Below the pieces are notes generated by a model. That model was given only the letters and a program-made list of their open reading frames with translations, did no database searches and was not told the DNA's origin. Shown here one piece after another: positions 30,436-40,642 of a stretch of DNA of 47,978 nt. Origin of the DNA: Armatimonadota bacterium (GTDB lineage Bacteria; Armatimonadota; Hebobacteria; CAIYQO01); NCBI GenBank assembly GCA_038248345.1, contig JBBRXO010000008.1, positions 1-47,978 on the forward strand, given 5' to 3'. Position numbers and translations under genes: made by a program. Within the stretch, counting starts at the first letter, position 1; the number at the start of each line of letters is the position of its first letter.

Positions 30436-31368
30436 TCAAGCTACCTCCCTGGCGCCGATTTGCAGGAAAATTTCTTCCAGCGTTTCTACCTCACGGACGA
30501 ATTTAATCACAGGGATATCAGCGGTGATTAACTGTTTGAGGAGCGCGGCAACAGCGGCATCATCACCGCTGAAGGTAAAGACGAAGCGGTTTTCCTGGCG
30601 CTCCAGTTTGCTTACCCCGGTGTCCGCCGCCAGCAACTCCGCGCACTTCTCGGCGTCGCCCAGCAACTCGATGCTGTAGCGTATCTCGCTGAAGACGCGT
30701 GCCCCGACATCTTCCACACGCCCGCTGGTGACCATGTGGCCGCGCTCCATGATGCCGATGGAGGTGCAGAACTCGGCCAGCTCGGAGAGGATGTGCGAGG
30801 AGATTATCACCGTTTTGCCGTCCGCTCGCTGCTGTTTCAGGATATTCTTCAGCAGAATGCGTGAATGCGGGTCCAGGCCGGAGGCCGGTTCATCGAGCAG
30901 GATGATGGCCGGCGAGGGAAGTAGCGTCTTCGCCAGCATCAGCCGTTGTTTCATCCCGCGTGATAGCCCGGCGGTCATGGTATTGCGCTTCTCGGTCAGC
31001 TCCACCAGGTCGATATAGCGTTGTATCTCCGCCGCACGCGTCGCCAGCGGCAGTTTGTAGGCGGAGGCGAAGATATCGAGGAATTCATATACCGTGAGAT
31101 CCTCGTAGAGCGGCGAGAAGTCCGGCATGAAGCCGATATGCGCTACCGCCTGCTCGCGGTGGGTGGCGATATCGAAGCCATTGAGGCGGATGGTGCCGTA
31201 GGTCGGCTCCAGCAACCCCACCATGGCGCGCAGGGTGGTAGTCTTGCCCGCGCCGTTCGGCCCGATGAGGCCGTATATCTCCCCCTGTGGGACATCAAAA
31301 GACAGATCCTGCACCGCGCAGACTTCGTCATAGTCCACGCGTAAATCACGCACTTCAATCATGGGCAT
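30436..31368 (-). CDS. ABC transporter ATP-binding protein
   Basis: GPNGAGKT, LSRGMKQR, LLDEPASGLDP and SSH. Confidence 0.94.
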   Translation of the reverse strand: MPMIEVRDLRVDYDEVCAVQDLSFDVPQGEIYGLIGPNGAGKTTTLRAMVGLLEPTYGTIRLNGFDIATHREQAVAHIGFMPDFSPLYEDLTVYEFLDIFASAYKLPLATRAAEIQRYIDLVELTEKRNTMTAGLSRGMKQRLMLAKTLLPSPAIILLDEPASGLDPHSRILLKNILKQQRADGKTVIISSHILSELAEFCTSIGIMERGHMVTSGRVEDVGARVFSEIRYSIELLGDAEKCAELLAADTGVSKLERQENRFVFTFSGDDAAVAALLKQLITADIPVIKFVREVETLEEIFLQIGAREVA

Positions 31369-31403
31369 CCCTCCCGTGCTGCAGCAGTTATCAATTATTA
31401 AGA

Positions 31404-33002
31404 TTAATTCGCCGCAATCGTTTGATTATCCTTTTTTTGCCGGTCTATTACTGTAGTATTTTCCTCCGCGCGCCAGCTTCCTTTTCGGCCTCCGGTGGAG
31501 CCCCATGCATAGGGGACGGCCTGCCGCACCAGGGTGCGCTCTGCAGCGTTGAGCTCATACAGGTCGAAGATTAATTCATCCAGCTCTGCGTCCAGCTGTT
31601 CCCGTGCAGTTTCGGTGGTGTTGTCATCGAGCATACGCTCAACCAGGGCACAGAAAGGCGCGTAATCGGGCGCGCTGCGGATAGGGAGGTCGACCAGATA
31701 ACAGGCCAGATAGTGCAGGTAGGCACCGCCGACATGGGTGGCCTTGAAGACCACGGAGTAGAGATAGCTGAGCAGGGAGCTGTTGAGCAGCGCGAGCAGG
31801 TAGGGCAACGGTGGGCTGAAAATGTTATTCCCTCGTCCTACCAGAAAGGTGTCTTTGCAGGCGTAGTCGTCCCGATCGAGGGTGGCGATGATGCGTTTGG
31901 CATTCTGCGCGATGAGCAATTTCTCCCCGCTGAAGAGCGCGGCGGCAGGCAAGCCGTTGCCTAGCTCACGCGCGCGTGTCTCGTCGTAGTCAATCCACCA
32001 GCCGCTCCAGTCAGTGCGGTAGCGGCGCACGTCGGCGTTGCCGTGGAAGGATTTCCCCCCCAGCAGCTTACGCGGGTACTTCCCGGTGGGCGTAGGGAAA
32101 ATGAACTGCTCGCGCAGGCCGGTACGGTGAAAGGAGATAGTCCAGCGGATCTCCAGATACTCTCCCAGGGGGCGGGCGGAATCATCGGCCAGCAGCCGAT
32201 CAACCAGCGCGCGGTCCAGCTCAGCCACCGGCGGCAGCCAGAAGATGCGGCGCGTCGTTCTCTCCCAATGAGACTGCTGAATCTCTGCGGTGGCGAAGGT
32301 GCGGCTCTCCAGTTGTGCCAGCTCACTCACCTGGCCGGTGAGGACGCAGTGGCCGGGGGCAGGCGGTGTTTTCTTGATAATAAGCATCACCGGATAGACG
32401 GCGGCGTCCTTGAAGGTGGGCAGGTCGCTCACATCAATGATCTGTTCGATGGTGATCTCGCGGAGCAGGTGCTCGCGCAGCGGGCGCGCGTAATCGGAGA
32501 TGAAGAATTTATTGGGGATGATATATCCCAGCCTGCCACCGGGTGGGAGCAGATCAAGCCCCGCCTGCAGAAAGCAGATAAAAATGTAGAATGCTCCATG
32601 CGTGATCTCCGGGAACAGCTTTTTGCAGTGCGCCTTCAGCGCGGCATCAGTCTTCTTCGCCTCCAGGTAGGGAGGGTTGCCCAGCACCACATCTGGTACG
32701 GCTGGGAGAACGGGGAGCAACCCGTCGCCGCAGTGCAGGTGCCATTTCGCCCCGGTGAAGTGGGAGAGCGTATCCTGCGCACATGCTAGCGCATCGGCAT
32801 CCTGATCGATACCCATCACCATATGCCCTGCCCGTGCCGCCACCTCCAAAAACGCCCCGTCGCCACAGCTGATGTCCGCCACCGGGCCAGCAGGATTAGT
32901 AGCATGGAGGAGGTAACGTACGACCTCCACGGGAGTGTAGAATACCCCGCGCTGTTTGCGTTCTGAGGTTGTTAATTGGGTGTCGTAACGATTTGGGGGC
33001 AT
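31404..33002 (-). CDS. N6-adenine DNA methyltransferase (Eco57I/TaqI-like, gamma class) with C-terminal specificity region
   Basis: GVFYTP, motif I DISCGDGAFL, motif IV GNPPY, YLLALLNS and LPI C-terminal motifs. Confidence 0.88.
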   Translation of the reverse strand: MPPNRYDTQLTTSERKQRGVFYTPVEVVRYLLHATNPAGPVADISCGDGAFLEVAARAGHMVMGIDQDADALACAQDTLSHFTGAKWHLHCGDGLLPVLPAVPDVVLGNPPYLEAKKTDAALKAHCKKLFPEITHGAFYIFICFLQAGLDLLPPGGRLGYIIPNKFFISDYARPLREHLLREITIEQIIDVSDLPTFKDAAVYPVMLIIKKTPPAPGHCVLTGQVSELAQLESRTFATAEIQQSHWERTTRRIFWLPPVAELDRALVDRLLADDSARPLGEYLEIRWTISFHRTGLREQFIFPTPTGKYPRKLLGGKSFHGNADVRRYRTDWSGWWIDYDETRARELGNGLPAAALFSGEKLLIAQNAKRIIATLDRDDYACKDTFLVGRGNNIFSPPLPYLLALLNSSLLSYLYSVVFKATHVGGAYLHYLACYLVDLPIRSAPDYAPFCALVERMLDDNTTETAREQLDAELDELIFDLYELNAAERTLVRQAVPYAWGSTGGRKGSWRAEENTTVIDRQKKDNQTIAAN

Positions 33003-33020
33003 GTTATCTCTCGTTTTTCC

Positions 33021-33040
33021 GCTGGGATTGAAATCCCGGC
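33021..33040. repeat. Short palindromic REP-like element
   Basis: GCTGGGATT-GA-AATCCCGGC hairpin between xseA and the methyltransferase. Confidence 0.4.
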
Positions 33041-33053
33041 TGCGTGGCGCAGA

Positions 33054-34250
33054 TCATGTCTTCACCCGCACCACACCATCAGAGAAGGTTACGTCCAATT
33101 CTGGTTCCTTGCGCGCTTGGGTTGCGATGGGGACTAGCGCACCATCGGCAGGACGCGTTACCAGCGCGTAGCCGCGCTGCAGCACCCGCTGTGGATGTAG
33201 CGCCTCCAGGCGGCCTTCAATCTGGTGGAAACGTGCGGCGGCGGCGTCAATGCGTGCGGCAACGCGGGTAGTGATGCGCTCCTCCAGCATGTCCAGCGTC
33301 TGGGCGCGGTCACGTAACAGGGCACGCGGGTTGGTAAGGGCAGGGACGGAGAGCAGGCGATCTAGCTCCCGGCGTTGCCGACGAAAATTATCGCGCGCAC
33401 GGTCGAAGACGCGCTCCAGCAAACCATTGATGTGTCCTGAGAGGGCGAATTCATCGGGAATCACCAACTCGGCGGCGGCAGATGGGGTGGGGGCACGCAG
33501 GTCAGCGACGAAATCGGCGATGGTGAAGTCGGTCTCATGGCCGATGGCGCTCACCACCGGCACCGGCGAAGCGACGATGGCGCGTGCGATGCTCTCATCG
33601 TTGAAGCAGGCCAGATCCTCGAAAGAGCCACCCCCACGCGCGATGACAATCACGTCCACATCTGGCAAAATTGCGGCCAGGCGTAAGTTGTGCACCACGC
33701 TGGCAGGGGCACCTGCGCCCTGCATGGTGGTGGGGATGAGGATAATGCGTCTGCCGGGCCAGCGTCGTCCGCTGACGGTGAGGAAATCGTGTGCCACCGC
33801 GCCGGTAGCGCTGGTGAGCAGGGCAATGCGGCGCGGTGGATAGGGCAGGGGACGTTTGCGTTCTGCTGCGAACAACCCTTCCTCCTCCAGTTTACGCTTC
33901 ATTTGCTCGAAGGCCAGGAAGAGGTTGCCGATGCCATCAGCCTGCAAGGAATAGGCATTCAGCTGATAGTTCCCCCCGCGCTCGTAGACGGTGATGCTAC
34001 CCTCAACGAGCACACGCATGCCGCTCTCCAGGCGGAATTTCTGTTGCTGCTCGCGGTCTTTCCACATGACACAGGGCAGTTGGCTCTGCTCGTCTTTGAT
34101 AGTGAAGTACAGGTGGCCGGAGGAGTGGTAGGTGCAGTTGGAGACTTCGCCGCGCACCAGCATCCCCTGCAACGCTCGCTCGCGCTCCAGTGTCGTCTTC
34201 ACGTAGCGGTTTACTTCTTTTACGGTGAATATGTGGGATTCAACAGGCAT
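33054..34250 (-). CDS. xseA: Exodeoxyribonuclease VII large subunit
   Basis: GEVSN...SGHLYFTIKD, ARGGGSFEDL, SAIGHETD and APTPSAAAE. Confidence 0.97.
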   Translation of the reverse strand: MPVESHIFTVKEVNRYVKTTLERERALQGMLVRGEVSNCTYHSSGHLYFTIKDEQSQLPCVMWKDREQQQKFRLESGMRVLVEGSITVYERGGNYQLNAYSLQADGIGNLFLAFEQMKRKLEEEGLFAAERKRPLPYPPRRIALLTSATGAVAHDFLTVSGRRWPGRRIILIPTTMQGAGAPASVVHNLRLAAILPDVDVIVIARGGGSFEDLACFNDESIARAIVASPVPVVSAIGHETDFTIADFVADLRAPTPSAAAELVIPDEFALSGHINGLLERVFDRARDNFRRQRRELDRLLSVPALTNPRALLRDRAQTLDMLEERITTRVAARIDAAAARFHQIEGRLEALHPQRVLQRGYALVTRPADGALVPIATQARKEPELDVTFSDGVVRVKT

Positions 34251-34253
34251 AGT

Positions 34254-35216
34254 TTATTGTCCCAATGCTTCGTCAATGGCGGCCAGTACTTTTGCGATAG
34301 CGTCATCAAGTGGCATATCCATGGTGATACCGGCAGCCTTCACGTGGCCACCGCCGCCGAATTGGCGTGCCAGCGCCGCCACATCTACCGTGCCCTGCGA
34401 GCGCAGACTCACACGCACGACGTTATTTCTCTCGGTGAATAGGGCGGCCACTTCGTTACCCTGGGCGCAGCGCACGTGATCGATGATTCCTTCCGTATCC
34501 TCTTCGCGTGCGCCGGTCTCAGCATAGTCGTCATGAGTTAACTTACTCCAGGCGACACGGCCATCGCTGGTCATCTGTAGGGCAGCCATGGCACGGCCCA
34601 GCAGGGTGAGGGCGGCGACAGGCAGGCAGCCCCAGATCTCTTTGCTGATCAACTGAGTATTAGCGCCTGCAGCCAGCAAAGCGGCAGCGACGTGGTGCGT
34701 GTTAGGGGTGGTATTGCTGTAGCTGAAGCGTCCGGTATCAACCATCAAGGCGGTCATCAGGCAGGTGGCGATATCCGGCGTCAGCTCCGCGCCTATGCGC
34801 GCGATAACCTCAAAAACCAGTTCACCTGCTGCTGCCGCTTTGGTATCCACCAGTGCCAGTCCGATGTCGGCACCCTCACTGATATGGTGGTCGATGCGGA
34901 CTATTGATTGCGCACCGGCCAGTTGCTCGCGGGATACCCCGCAGCGCTCGATCTTGTGGGCGTCCACGAAGACCACCAGTGGGGGGGTGGTCTCCGGCAA
35001 GGAGGTCATCACACGCGCTGCAGTGGGCAGGAAGGTGTTGTTAGCCGGCACGCCGTCTTTGTCGAAACAGTGCACCGTGATGCCCTTTTGCTCCAGTGCC
35101 AGCGCCAGTGCCAGCATCGAGCCGATGGCATCGCCCTCGGGATTTACGTGTGTGAAGATCAGACACGATGGATAGCGGAGCAGCTCTTCCGCTACAGTGA
35201 TTGCTTCAGGATGCAT
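34254..35216 (-). CDS. nrnA: DHH-family phosphoesterase (NrnA oligoribonuclease/pAp phosphatase)
   Basis: HVNPEGDAIGS, IDHH, DTGRF, SLRS and GGGH. Follows rbfA. Confidence 0.88.
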   Translation of the reverse strand: MHPEAITVAEELLRYPSCLIFTHVNPEGDAIGSMLALALALEQKGITVHCFDKDGVPANNTFLPTAARVMTSLPETTPPLVVFVDAHKIERCGVSREQLAGAQSIVRIDHHISEGADIGLALVDTKAAAAGELVFEVIARIGAELTPDIATCLMTALMVDTGRFSYSNTTPNTHHVAAALLAAGANTQLISKEIWGCLPVAALTLLGRAMAALQMTSDGRVAWSKLTHDDYAETGAREEDTEGIIDHVRCAQGNEVAALFTERNNVVRVSLRSQGTVDVAALARQFGGGGHVKAAGITMDMPLDDAIAKVLAAIDEALGQ

Positions 35217-35631
35217 TTTCTGTTACCTCCTCCTCCTCATCATCTTCTTCGTCCACCTCAGATTCGACGATAGGTCGATCTTTGTTTTCCATCTCTTTCG
35301 CTTCTTTGAGTAACTCGAAGATATGCGCGCCACGTTCGATGGAGGTATCGTGGATGAAAATCAGTTCCGGTGTATGACGAAGATCAACCTGTCGACTTAG
35401 CTCACCGCGCAGGAAGGATGAGGCGTTCTGCAATACGCTCATCGACTCTGCCTGCTCTTCCGGTGTACCGTAGACACTGATATATATCTTCGCGGCACGA
35501 TAATCCTGGCGAAATTCGATATCAATAATAGAAACAAAGCCTAGGCGTGGATCGTTCATCTCTTTGAGGATGATCCGGCTGAGTTCTTCTTTGAGCAAGC
35601 GCGTCATGCGCTGTTTTTTAGTTGATGACAT
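35206..35631 (-). CDS. rbfA: 30S ribosome-binding factor A
   Basis: DPRLGFVSI and LRHTPELIFIHDTSIERG. Confidence 0.95.
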   Translation of the reverse strand: MSSTKKQRMTRLLKEELSRIILKEMNDPRLGFVSIIDIEFRQDYRAAKIYISVYGTPEEQAESMSVLQNASSFLRGELSRQVDLRHTPELIFIHDTSIERGAHIFELLKEAKEMENKDRPIVESEVDEEDDEEEEVTENAS

Positions 35632-35643
35632 TTTTTATTCCTT

Positions 35644-36468
35644 TTAAACTACTGCTAGAGTAAGGCCGAAGATTTCCTCCAGCACAATGGCGACGCCGTC
35701 CTCGGCATGGTGGGGGGCCACACGGTCGGCGGCCTCCTGAGTGACGGGTTTGGCATTAGCCATGGCGACACCCATGCCCGCCCAGGCGATGGCGGGGATA
35801 TCGTTCTCGGCATCACCGAAGGCGATTACTTTTTCTCGGGGGATATTTAAACGTTCCGCAACAATGGCGAGTGCTTTCCCTTTATCTACGCCTAATGGCA
35901 TGAATTCCAGATATTCGGCATTACTGATAGTGATGTAAGCACGTCCGGCGAAATGCTCGCATAGATAATCTTGCAATGCGATTATTTTCGCTGGCTCATC
36001 GATGATTAGCATTTTCGTCGGGCTATGCATCAGTAATGTGTGGAGGTCGCCCACGACAACAGGCAGAGCCCCAGTGCGTGCCTGGTAAAGGTCAGACCAT
36101 CTATTTGCCTGGGCGATGTATAGCACATCGTTGTAGTAATAGTTAAGCTGTAACTGCTCGCATTGGCAATAATCAACCAATTCGTGCGCGAATTCGCTAT
36201 CTAATCCGGCATCAAGCCAGACCTCGCCGGTGCCCTCGCTTTTTATGAATGCTCCATTATAGGCGATTGTTGGGCCATTAATTCCCAGCTCCCGCTGATA
36301 GGGTAGGGTGGTGTAATACATCCGCCCCGAGGTGATCATCACCTTCGCGCCCATTTCCCGCACACGGCGCACCGCGGCCAGATTGCGTGGGCTGATGTGA
36401 TGATCCACACCAAGCAAAGTCAGGTCAAGATCCAGGGATATTAATTCATAGGGTAGCGGTGCCATCAT
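35644..36468 (-). CDS. Cof-type HAD-IIB hydrolase
   Basis: LDLDLTLL, TSGR, GVDKG, FGDAEND and GVAMANA. Start chosen from a GGAG RBS. Confidence 0.9.
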   Translation of the reverse strand: MMAPLPYELISLDLDLTLLGVDHHISPRNLAAVRRVREMGAKVMITSGRMYYTTLPYQRELGINGPTIAYNGAFIKSEGTGEVWLDAGLDSEFAHELVDYCQCEQLQLNYYYNDVLYIAQANRWSDLYQARTGALPVVVGDLHTLLMHSPTKMLIIDEPAKIIALQDYLCEHFAGRAYITISNAEYLEFMPLGVDKGKALAIVAERLNIPREKVIAFGDAENDIPAIAWAGMGVAMANAKPVTQEAADRVAPHHAEDGVAIVLEEIFGLTLAVV

Positions 36469-36601
36469 TATCTCCATATTCAAGTAAGTTCATGCTACCT
36501 GAGGGGGAGGATGATGTCAAGTTGTAATGCAGAAAACAGCAAATAGGATGGTGGAAAGAGGTTGAATGTGGAAAATATTTTGAAAATGTTCCAATAACCT
36601 G

Positions 36602-36631
36602 TTTACAAACATAACCAGATGGTTATATATT
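36602..36631 (+). promoter_or_regulatory. Putative promoter and palindromic operator upstream of the thioredoxin genes
   Basis: TTTACA...TATATT flanking the inverted repeat ATAACCA-GA-TGGTTAT (36611-36626). Confidence 0.5.
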
Positions 36632-36652
36632 AATATAGAAGGAGGGAATACG

Positions 36653-36991
36653 ATGAGTGCAAACGTTATTCCAGTATCAAGTGACACTTTTGAGAAAATG
36701 GTGTTACAATCGAATACGCCAGTAGTGGTGGATTTCTGGGCACCGTGGTGTGGGCCATGTCGCATGGTGGCGCCGGAGATGGAGAAAGTAGCTGATGGTT
36801 TAGCTGATCGTGGTCGGGTGGTGAAGGTAAACATTGACGAACAGCCGGCGTTAGCAAGTCGCTACGGTGTGCAAAGTATACCAACGCTGATTATTTTTGA
36901 CGGCGAGCAGGTGGTGGGCAAGCATATTGGGTATATAAAAGGGGAAGTACTGCTCGCATCAGTTAATGACTATTTGGCGAAAAAAGAATAA
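36653..36991 (+). CDS. trxA: Thioredoxin
   Basis: VVVDFWAPWCGPC and VQSIPTL. AGGAGG RBS. Confidence 0.95.
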   Translation: MSANVIPVSSDTFEKMVLQSNTPVVVDFWAPWCGPCRMVAPEMEKVADGLADRGRVVKVNIDEQPALASRYGVQSIPTLIIFDGEQVVGKHIGYIKGEVLLASVNDYLAKKE

Positions 36992-37015
36992 TATCTAGAA
37001 TTGAAAGGATGAGGT

Positions 37016-37537
37016 ATGAGAAAAATGATACATCTGATATTTGTCGCTGGTTTGCTCACGAGCTCACTTGCATTCTTCAATGGTTGCGTTCCTATTAAGG
37101 ATGCTGCTGTTGAGACACAAACTGGGGTTTCGACTACCCAGGCAACTCCTGGTAAACCAGTTACTCCGCCTGTTGCTGAAGTACCTGTGAAAGCACAGCC
37201 AGCAGCAAAGGCAGTTCCAACGAGTACACCAATTACGGCTGCAAAATTTGACGAGCTGGTGGTGAATGCGGGTGGAATTGTGGTAGTAGACTTCTGGGCA
37301 ACATGGTGCGGCCCTTGTCGGGAAACTGCCCCGGAGATGGAGAAGGTTGCCATAGCCCTGGGAGATAATGGCAAAGTATACAAAGTAGATGTCGATCAGG
37401 AAAAATCATTGGCAGAGAAATACAACATCAGGAGTATCCCAACGATCCTGGTCTTCAAAGATGGAAAGCAAGTGGCGAAGAACGTCGGATATATCAATAG
37501 CGTGAAAATGCTGAAAATGATAGACGGCGTAAAATAG
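37016..37537 (+). CDS. Thioredoxin with lipoprotein signal peptide and Pro/Ala/Thr-rich linker
   Basis: Hydrophobic N-terminus ending FFNGC (lipobox-like), WCGPC and IRSIPT. Confidence 0.85.
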   Translation: MRKMIHLIFVAGLLTSSLAFFNGCVPIKDAAVETQTGVSTTQATPGKPVTPPVAEVPVKAQPAAKAVPTSTPITAAKFDELVVNAGGIVVVDFWATWCGPCRETAPEMEKVAIALGDNGKVYKVDVDQEKSLAEKYNIRSIPTILVFKDGKQVAKNVGYINSVKMLKMIDGVK

Positions 37538-37636
37538 AGCAGACTATTAACAATTTTGCAATTTACCTGTATCATACTGGGTAAGTATGGTACAGGTAGA
37601 TTTTCCTTGTACCTTACTGCCAAGGTGGAGGATATT

Positions 37637-38737
37637 ATGTATAGATCATCTTTCGGAGTAACAGTAATTTGTAGCTCGCTGGCAATAGCTATGGTAGCGC
37701 TTTTGCCTGCTAATGCCAATTTGACTATTGGTGGCGCCAATGCAAGGTCAGTTGCTATGGGTGGTGCCGGATTGGCTGTGCGGAATAATGTGGATGAGAT
37801 TCCAGTAAACGTTGCATTACTCGCGGAAACTAGCGGACGTATTAGCTTGGAGACGCCTACATTCGATATGCGTATGGATGGAGCCAAGCAGACTGACGCA
37901 CAGGGGCTACTGGGTCAATATATACTTGACCCCTCGAAAGCTTTTAGCCTGGCGCTCGATCTGGGGAAACAGGACACTTTCATTACAACAAGTGTAACGA
38001 CCGGCATCAAACTACCGCATTCAAACGTTAGTGCCTGGGCATCCATGGACACCAAAATCGTCCCCAATGATGCTTATCAAACATGGGCGAATAGCGGTGG
38101 CTTGCTCTTACCATTTCTGCCCGATGCCGCAGCTGATGTTTATTCTATTGGGGTAATCTCGATGCCGGTAAGTGTTGGAATTCGTTTACCGGCCAATGGT
38201 GGAGATTTAAATTTCGGCGTGCGGATTAAGCCGACTCGAGCATATTACTCTCATTTTATAGTCAATAAAGATGCGGTGGAAAACAACGAGCCGATACTGG
38301 CGCCGGAGATGGGGGGAGAGAAGTACCTCTCGCAGGAATCATTAGCTGCTGACATCGGCCTGCTCTATAGCCCACCAGGGATGAGGTCGCTTCGATTGGC
38401 AGCAGTCGTGAATAATATTGTCCAGCCTAAGCCGATTGATTTTCACTCACCTAGTGTTACTGGGATGATGAAGCAAGACGTCTCTGCTACTACAGTGAAT
38501 GTTGGTGTAGCATTGGAAAATGAAAATGTTACGCTGGCGGCGGATATACTCGATGTGACTGAACAATATGGTGGCTCACAGTTACGCTTGGGGGCAGAAT
38601 TACGTCCGATGCGCTCTATTGCTGTACGCGCTGGCTACACAGAGGATGGTGTATCCTACGGTTTGGGATTGGGAGGCTTCAATATTGCTGTCACCGGTTC
38701 CGATACCCTGGCATTTGGCCAGACAGTTATGTTTTAA
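37637..38737 (+). CDS. Outer-membrane beta-barrel protein, TraF/FadL-like
   Basis: Signal peptide, GANARSVAMGGAG N-terminal motif, alternating beta-strand pattern and terminal Phe. GGAGG RBS before ATG at 37637. Confidence 0.65.
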   Translation: MYRSSFGVTVICSSLAIAMVALLPANANLTIGGANARSVAMGGAGLAVRNNVDEIPVNVALLAETSGRISLETPTFDMRMDGAKQTDAQGLLGQYILDPSKAFSLALDLGKQDTFITTSVTTGIKLPHSNVSAWASMDTKIVPNDAYQTWANSGGLLLPFLPDAAADVYSIGVISMPVSVGIRLPANGGDLNFGVRIKPTRAYYSHFIVNKDAVENNEPILAPEMGGEKYLSQESLAADIGLLYSPPGMRSLRLAAVVNNIVQPKPIDFHSPSVTGMMKQDVSATTVNVGVALENENVTLAADILDVTEQYGGSQLRLGAELRPMRSIAVRAGYTEDGVSYGLGLGGFNIAVTGSDTLAFGQTVMF

Positions 38738-38784
38738 TTCTCTGATTCGCGAACATCTACATTAAAAATTTCGTTATTCACCAC

Positions 38785-38808
38785 GCGCCGATAATTATTT
38801 ATCGGCGC
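38785..38808. terminator. Hairpin, possible terminator
   Basis: GCGCCGATAA-TTAT-TTATCGGCGC stem-loop with a weak U-tract. Confidence 0.45.
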
Positions 38809-38813
38809 AACTC

Positions 38814-38842
38814 TTGCATTATCTGCGTATCTATGTTATAAA
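38814..38842 (+). promoter_or_regulatory. Putative sigma70 promoter for guaA-hpt-rho
   Basis: TTGCAT-17 bp-TATAAA with an extended -10 TG. Confidence 0.55.
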
Positions 38843-39012
38843 CATACTGTTTCCCGGGTTTCGCTTCAAACAAATCTTCAAATAATATTCCAAAGATAGA
38901 GTCCCAAACTAGTGAACACTAAAAAACTGCTCACAAATGAAGATGAAGAGAATACCCCTAAAGATACAGCAGAAACAATGAATAGCCTCATAATGGTAGG
39001 TAAGTATCTGGC

Positions 39013-40587
39013 ATGAATTCCCCAACAAATAATATACAGGCTACAAGACCTGATGAAACGGTCATTATACTGGACTTCGGTGCCCAGTATAGCCAGTTAA
39101 TAGCACGACGGGTTCGTGAGTGCAAAGTGTACTGCGAGCTGTTACCTTACGATACTCCGATTGAGGAGTTGCGCGCGATAAACCCGATTGGCATTGTCTT
39201 GAGTGGTGGCCCTTCCTCGGTATATGATGATGATGCACCGGAATGTGATAAAGCACTATTTGATTTGGGCATACCCGTTTTAGGGATTTGTTATGGTATG
39301 CAGTTCATGGCTAAAGCATTAGGTGGGGTAGTCACAAAAAGTGAGAAGCGCGAATATGGACGAACCGAACTTCGTGTTACTGATGCATCCGACCTGTTTG
39401 ATGGACTTAACCCGCAGCTGATCTGCTGGATGAGTCATGGAGATGCAGTGACCCAGGCACCGAAAGGTTTCAAAGTAACTGCACTTACCGACAGCACACC
39501 GGTTGCAGCGATGTCTGACCTCAAGCGTAACTTCTTTGGTGTTCAGTTCCATCCGGAAGTAGTACATACCCCGTGGGGCATCGAAATCCTGCGCACTTTC
39601 CTCTACCGTTATTGTGGATGTGCCGGTTTATGGACGATGGCGAACTTCGTTACCATGGCTGTTGATGAAATCAGACGTATGGTGGGTAATGAGAAAGTGG
39701 TCTGTGGCTTAAGTGGTGGCATTGACTCCGCAGTTGCTGGCGCACTGGTGCATCGTGCCATAGGTGATCAACTCACTTGTATATTTGTCGATCATGGATT
39801 CCTGCGCAAAGATGAAGGCAGACAAGTTGAAAAGGCCTTCCGCGAAAATTTCAAAGCAAATCTTATTCATGTCAAAGCTGAAAAACGTTTCCTGGATAAA
39901 CTTCGTGGTGTAACTGATCCTGAGCGGAAGCGAAAGATTATCGGTAATGAATTCGTAGAAGTATTCACTGACGAAGCAAAAAATATCGGGGAAGTCGCTT
40001 TCCTGGCGCAAGGTACTCTCTATCCTGATATTGTAGAGAGCGGCGGGGCCAACGGCGGGAAGAGTGCCATGATAAAGTCCCACCACAACGTTGGCGGTTT
40101 GCCGGAACATATGAATATGAAATTGCTGGAGCCATTGCGCAGTCTCTTTAAGGATGAAGTGCGGCGCCTGGCAATTGAACTGGATTTGCCGGATAATATT
40201 GTCTGGAGAATGCCTTTCCCCGGTCCGGGTCTGGCGATTCGTATCATCGGTTCTATCACCAAAAAGCGTCTCGATATATTACGAGAAGCGGATTTTGTGA
40301 TTGTAGATGAAATTCGTAAAGCAGGCCTATACCGGCAGCTCTGGCAGGCTTTTGCCGTCTTACCAGTAATTAAAAGCGTGGGAGTCATGGGTGATCATCG
40401 TACCTACGCGTATCCGATTGTGTTGCGTGCGGTAACAAGCGAGGATGCTATGACTGCGGATTGGGCACGGCTGCCTTACGAAGTTTTAGAGAAGATAAGT
40501 AATCGCTTGATCAATGAAGTTGAAGGGGTAAATCGTCTTGTCCTCGATGTCACGAGTAAACCCCCCGGAACCATTGAGTGGGAATAG
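39013..40587 (+). CDS. guaA: GMP synthase (glutamine-hydrolysing)
   Basis: [43 protein letters not shown] and KPPGTIEWE. Confidence 0.99.
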   Translation: MNSPTNNIQATRPDETVIILDFGAQYSQLIARRVRECKVYCELLPYDTPIEELRAINPIGIVLSGGPSSVYDDDAPECDKALFDLGIPVLGICYGMQFMAKALGGVVTKSEKREYGRTELRVTDASDLFDGLNPQLICWMSHGDAVTQAPKGFKVTALTDSTPVAAMSDLKRNFFGVQFHPEVVHTPWGIEILRTFLYRYCGCAGLWTMANFVTMAVDEIRRMVGNEKVVCGLSGGIDSAVAGALVHRAIGDQLTCIFVDHGFLRKDEGRQVEKAFRENFKANLIHVKAEKRFLDKLRGVTDPERKRKIIGNEFVEVFTDEAKNIGEVAFLAQGTLYPDIVESGGANGGKSAMIKSHHNVGGLPEHMNMKLLEPLRSLFKDEVRRLAIELDLPDNIVWRMPFPGPGLAIRIIGSITKKRLDILREADFVIVDEIRKAGLYRQLWQAFAVLPVIKSVGVMGDHRTYAYPIVLRAVTSEDAMTADWARLPYEVLEKISNRLINEVEGVNRLVLDVTSKPPGTIEWE

Positions 40588-40642
40588 GCGAAGAAAAATT
40601 AAAGATGGATTAGAGAGAAATCTCCTTGAAACAGGTGAAATA

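Noticed and set aside
33021..33040. GGGATTGAAA resembling the 3' end of a CRISPR repeat
   Set aside because: Single copy, no spacers and no cas genes. Better explained as a palindrome.
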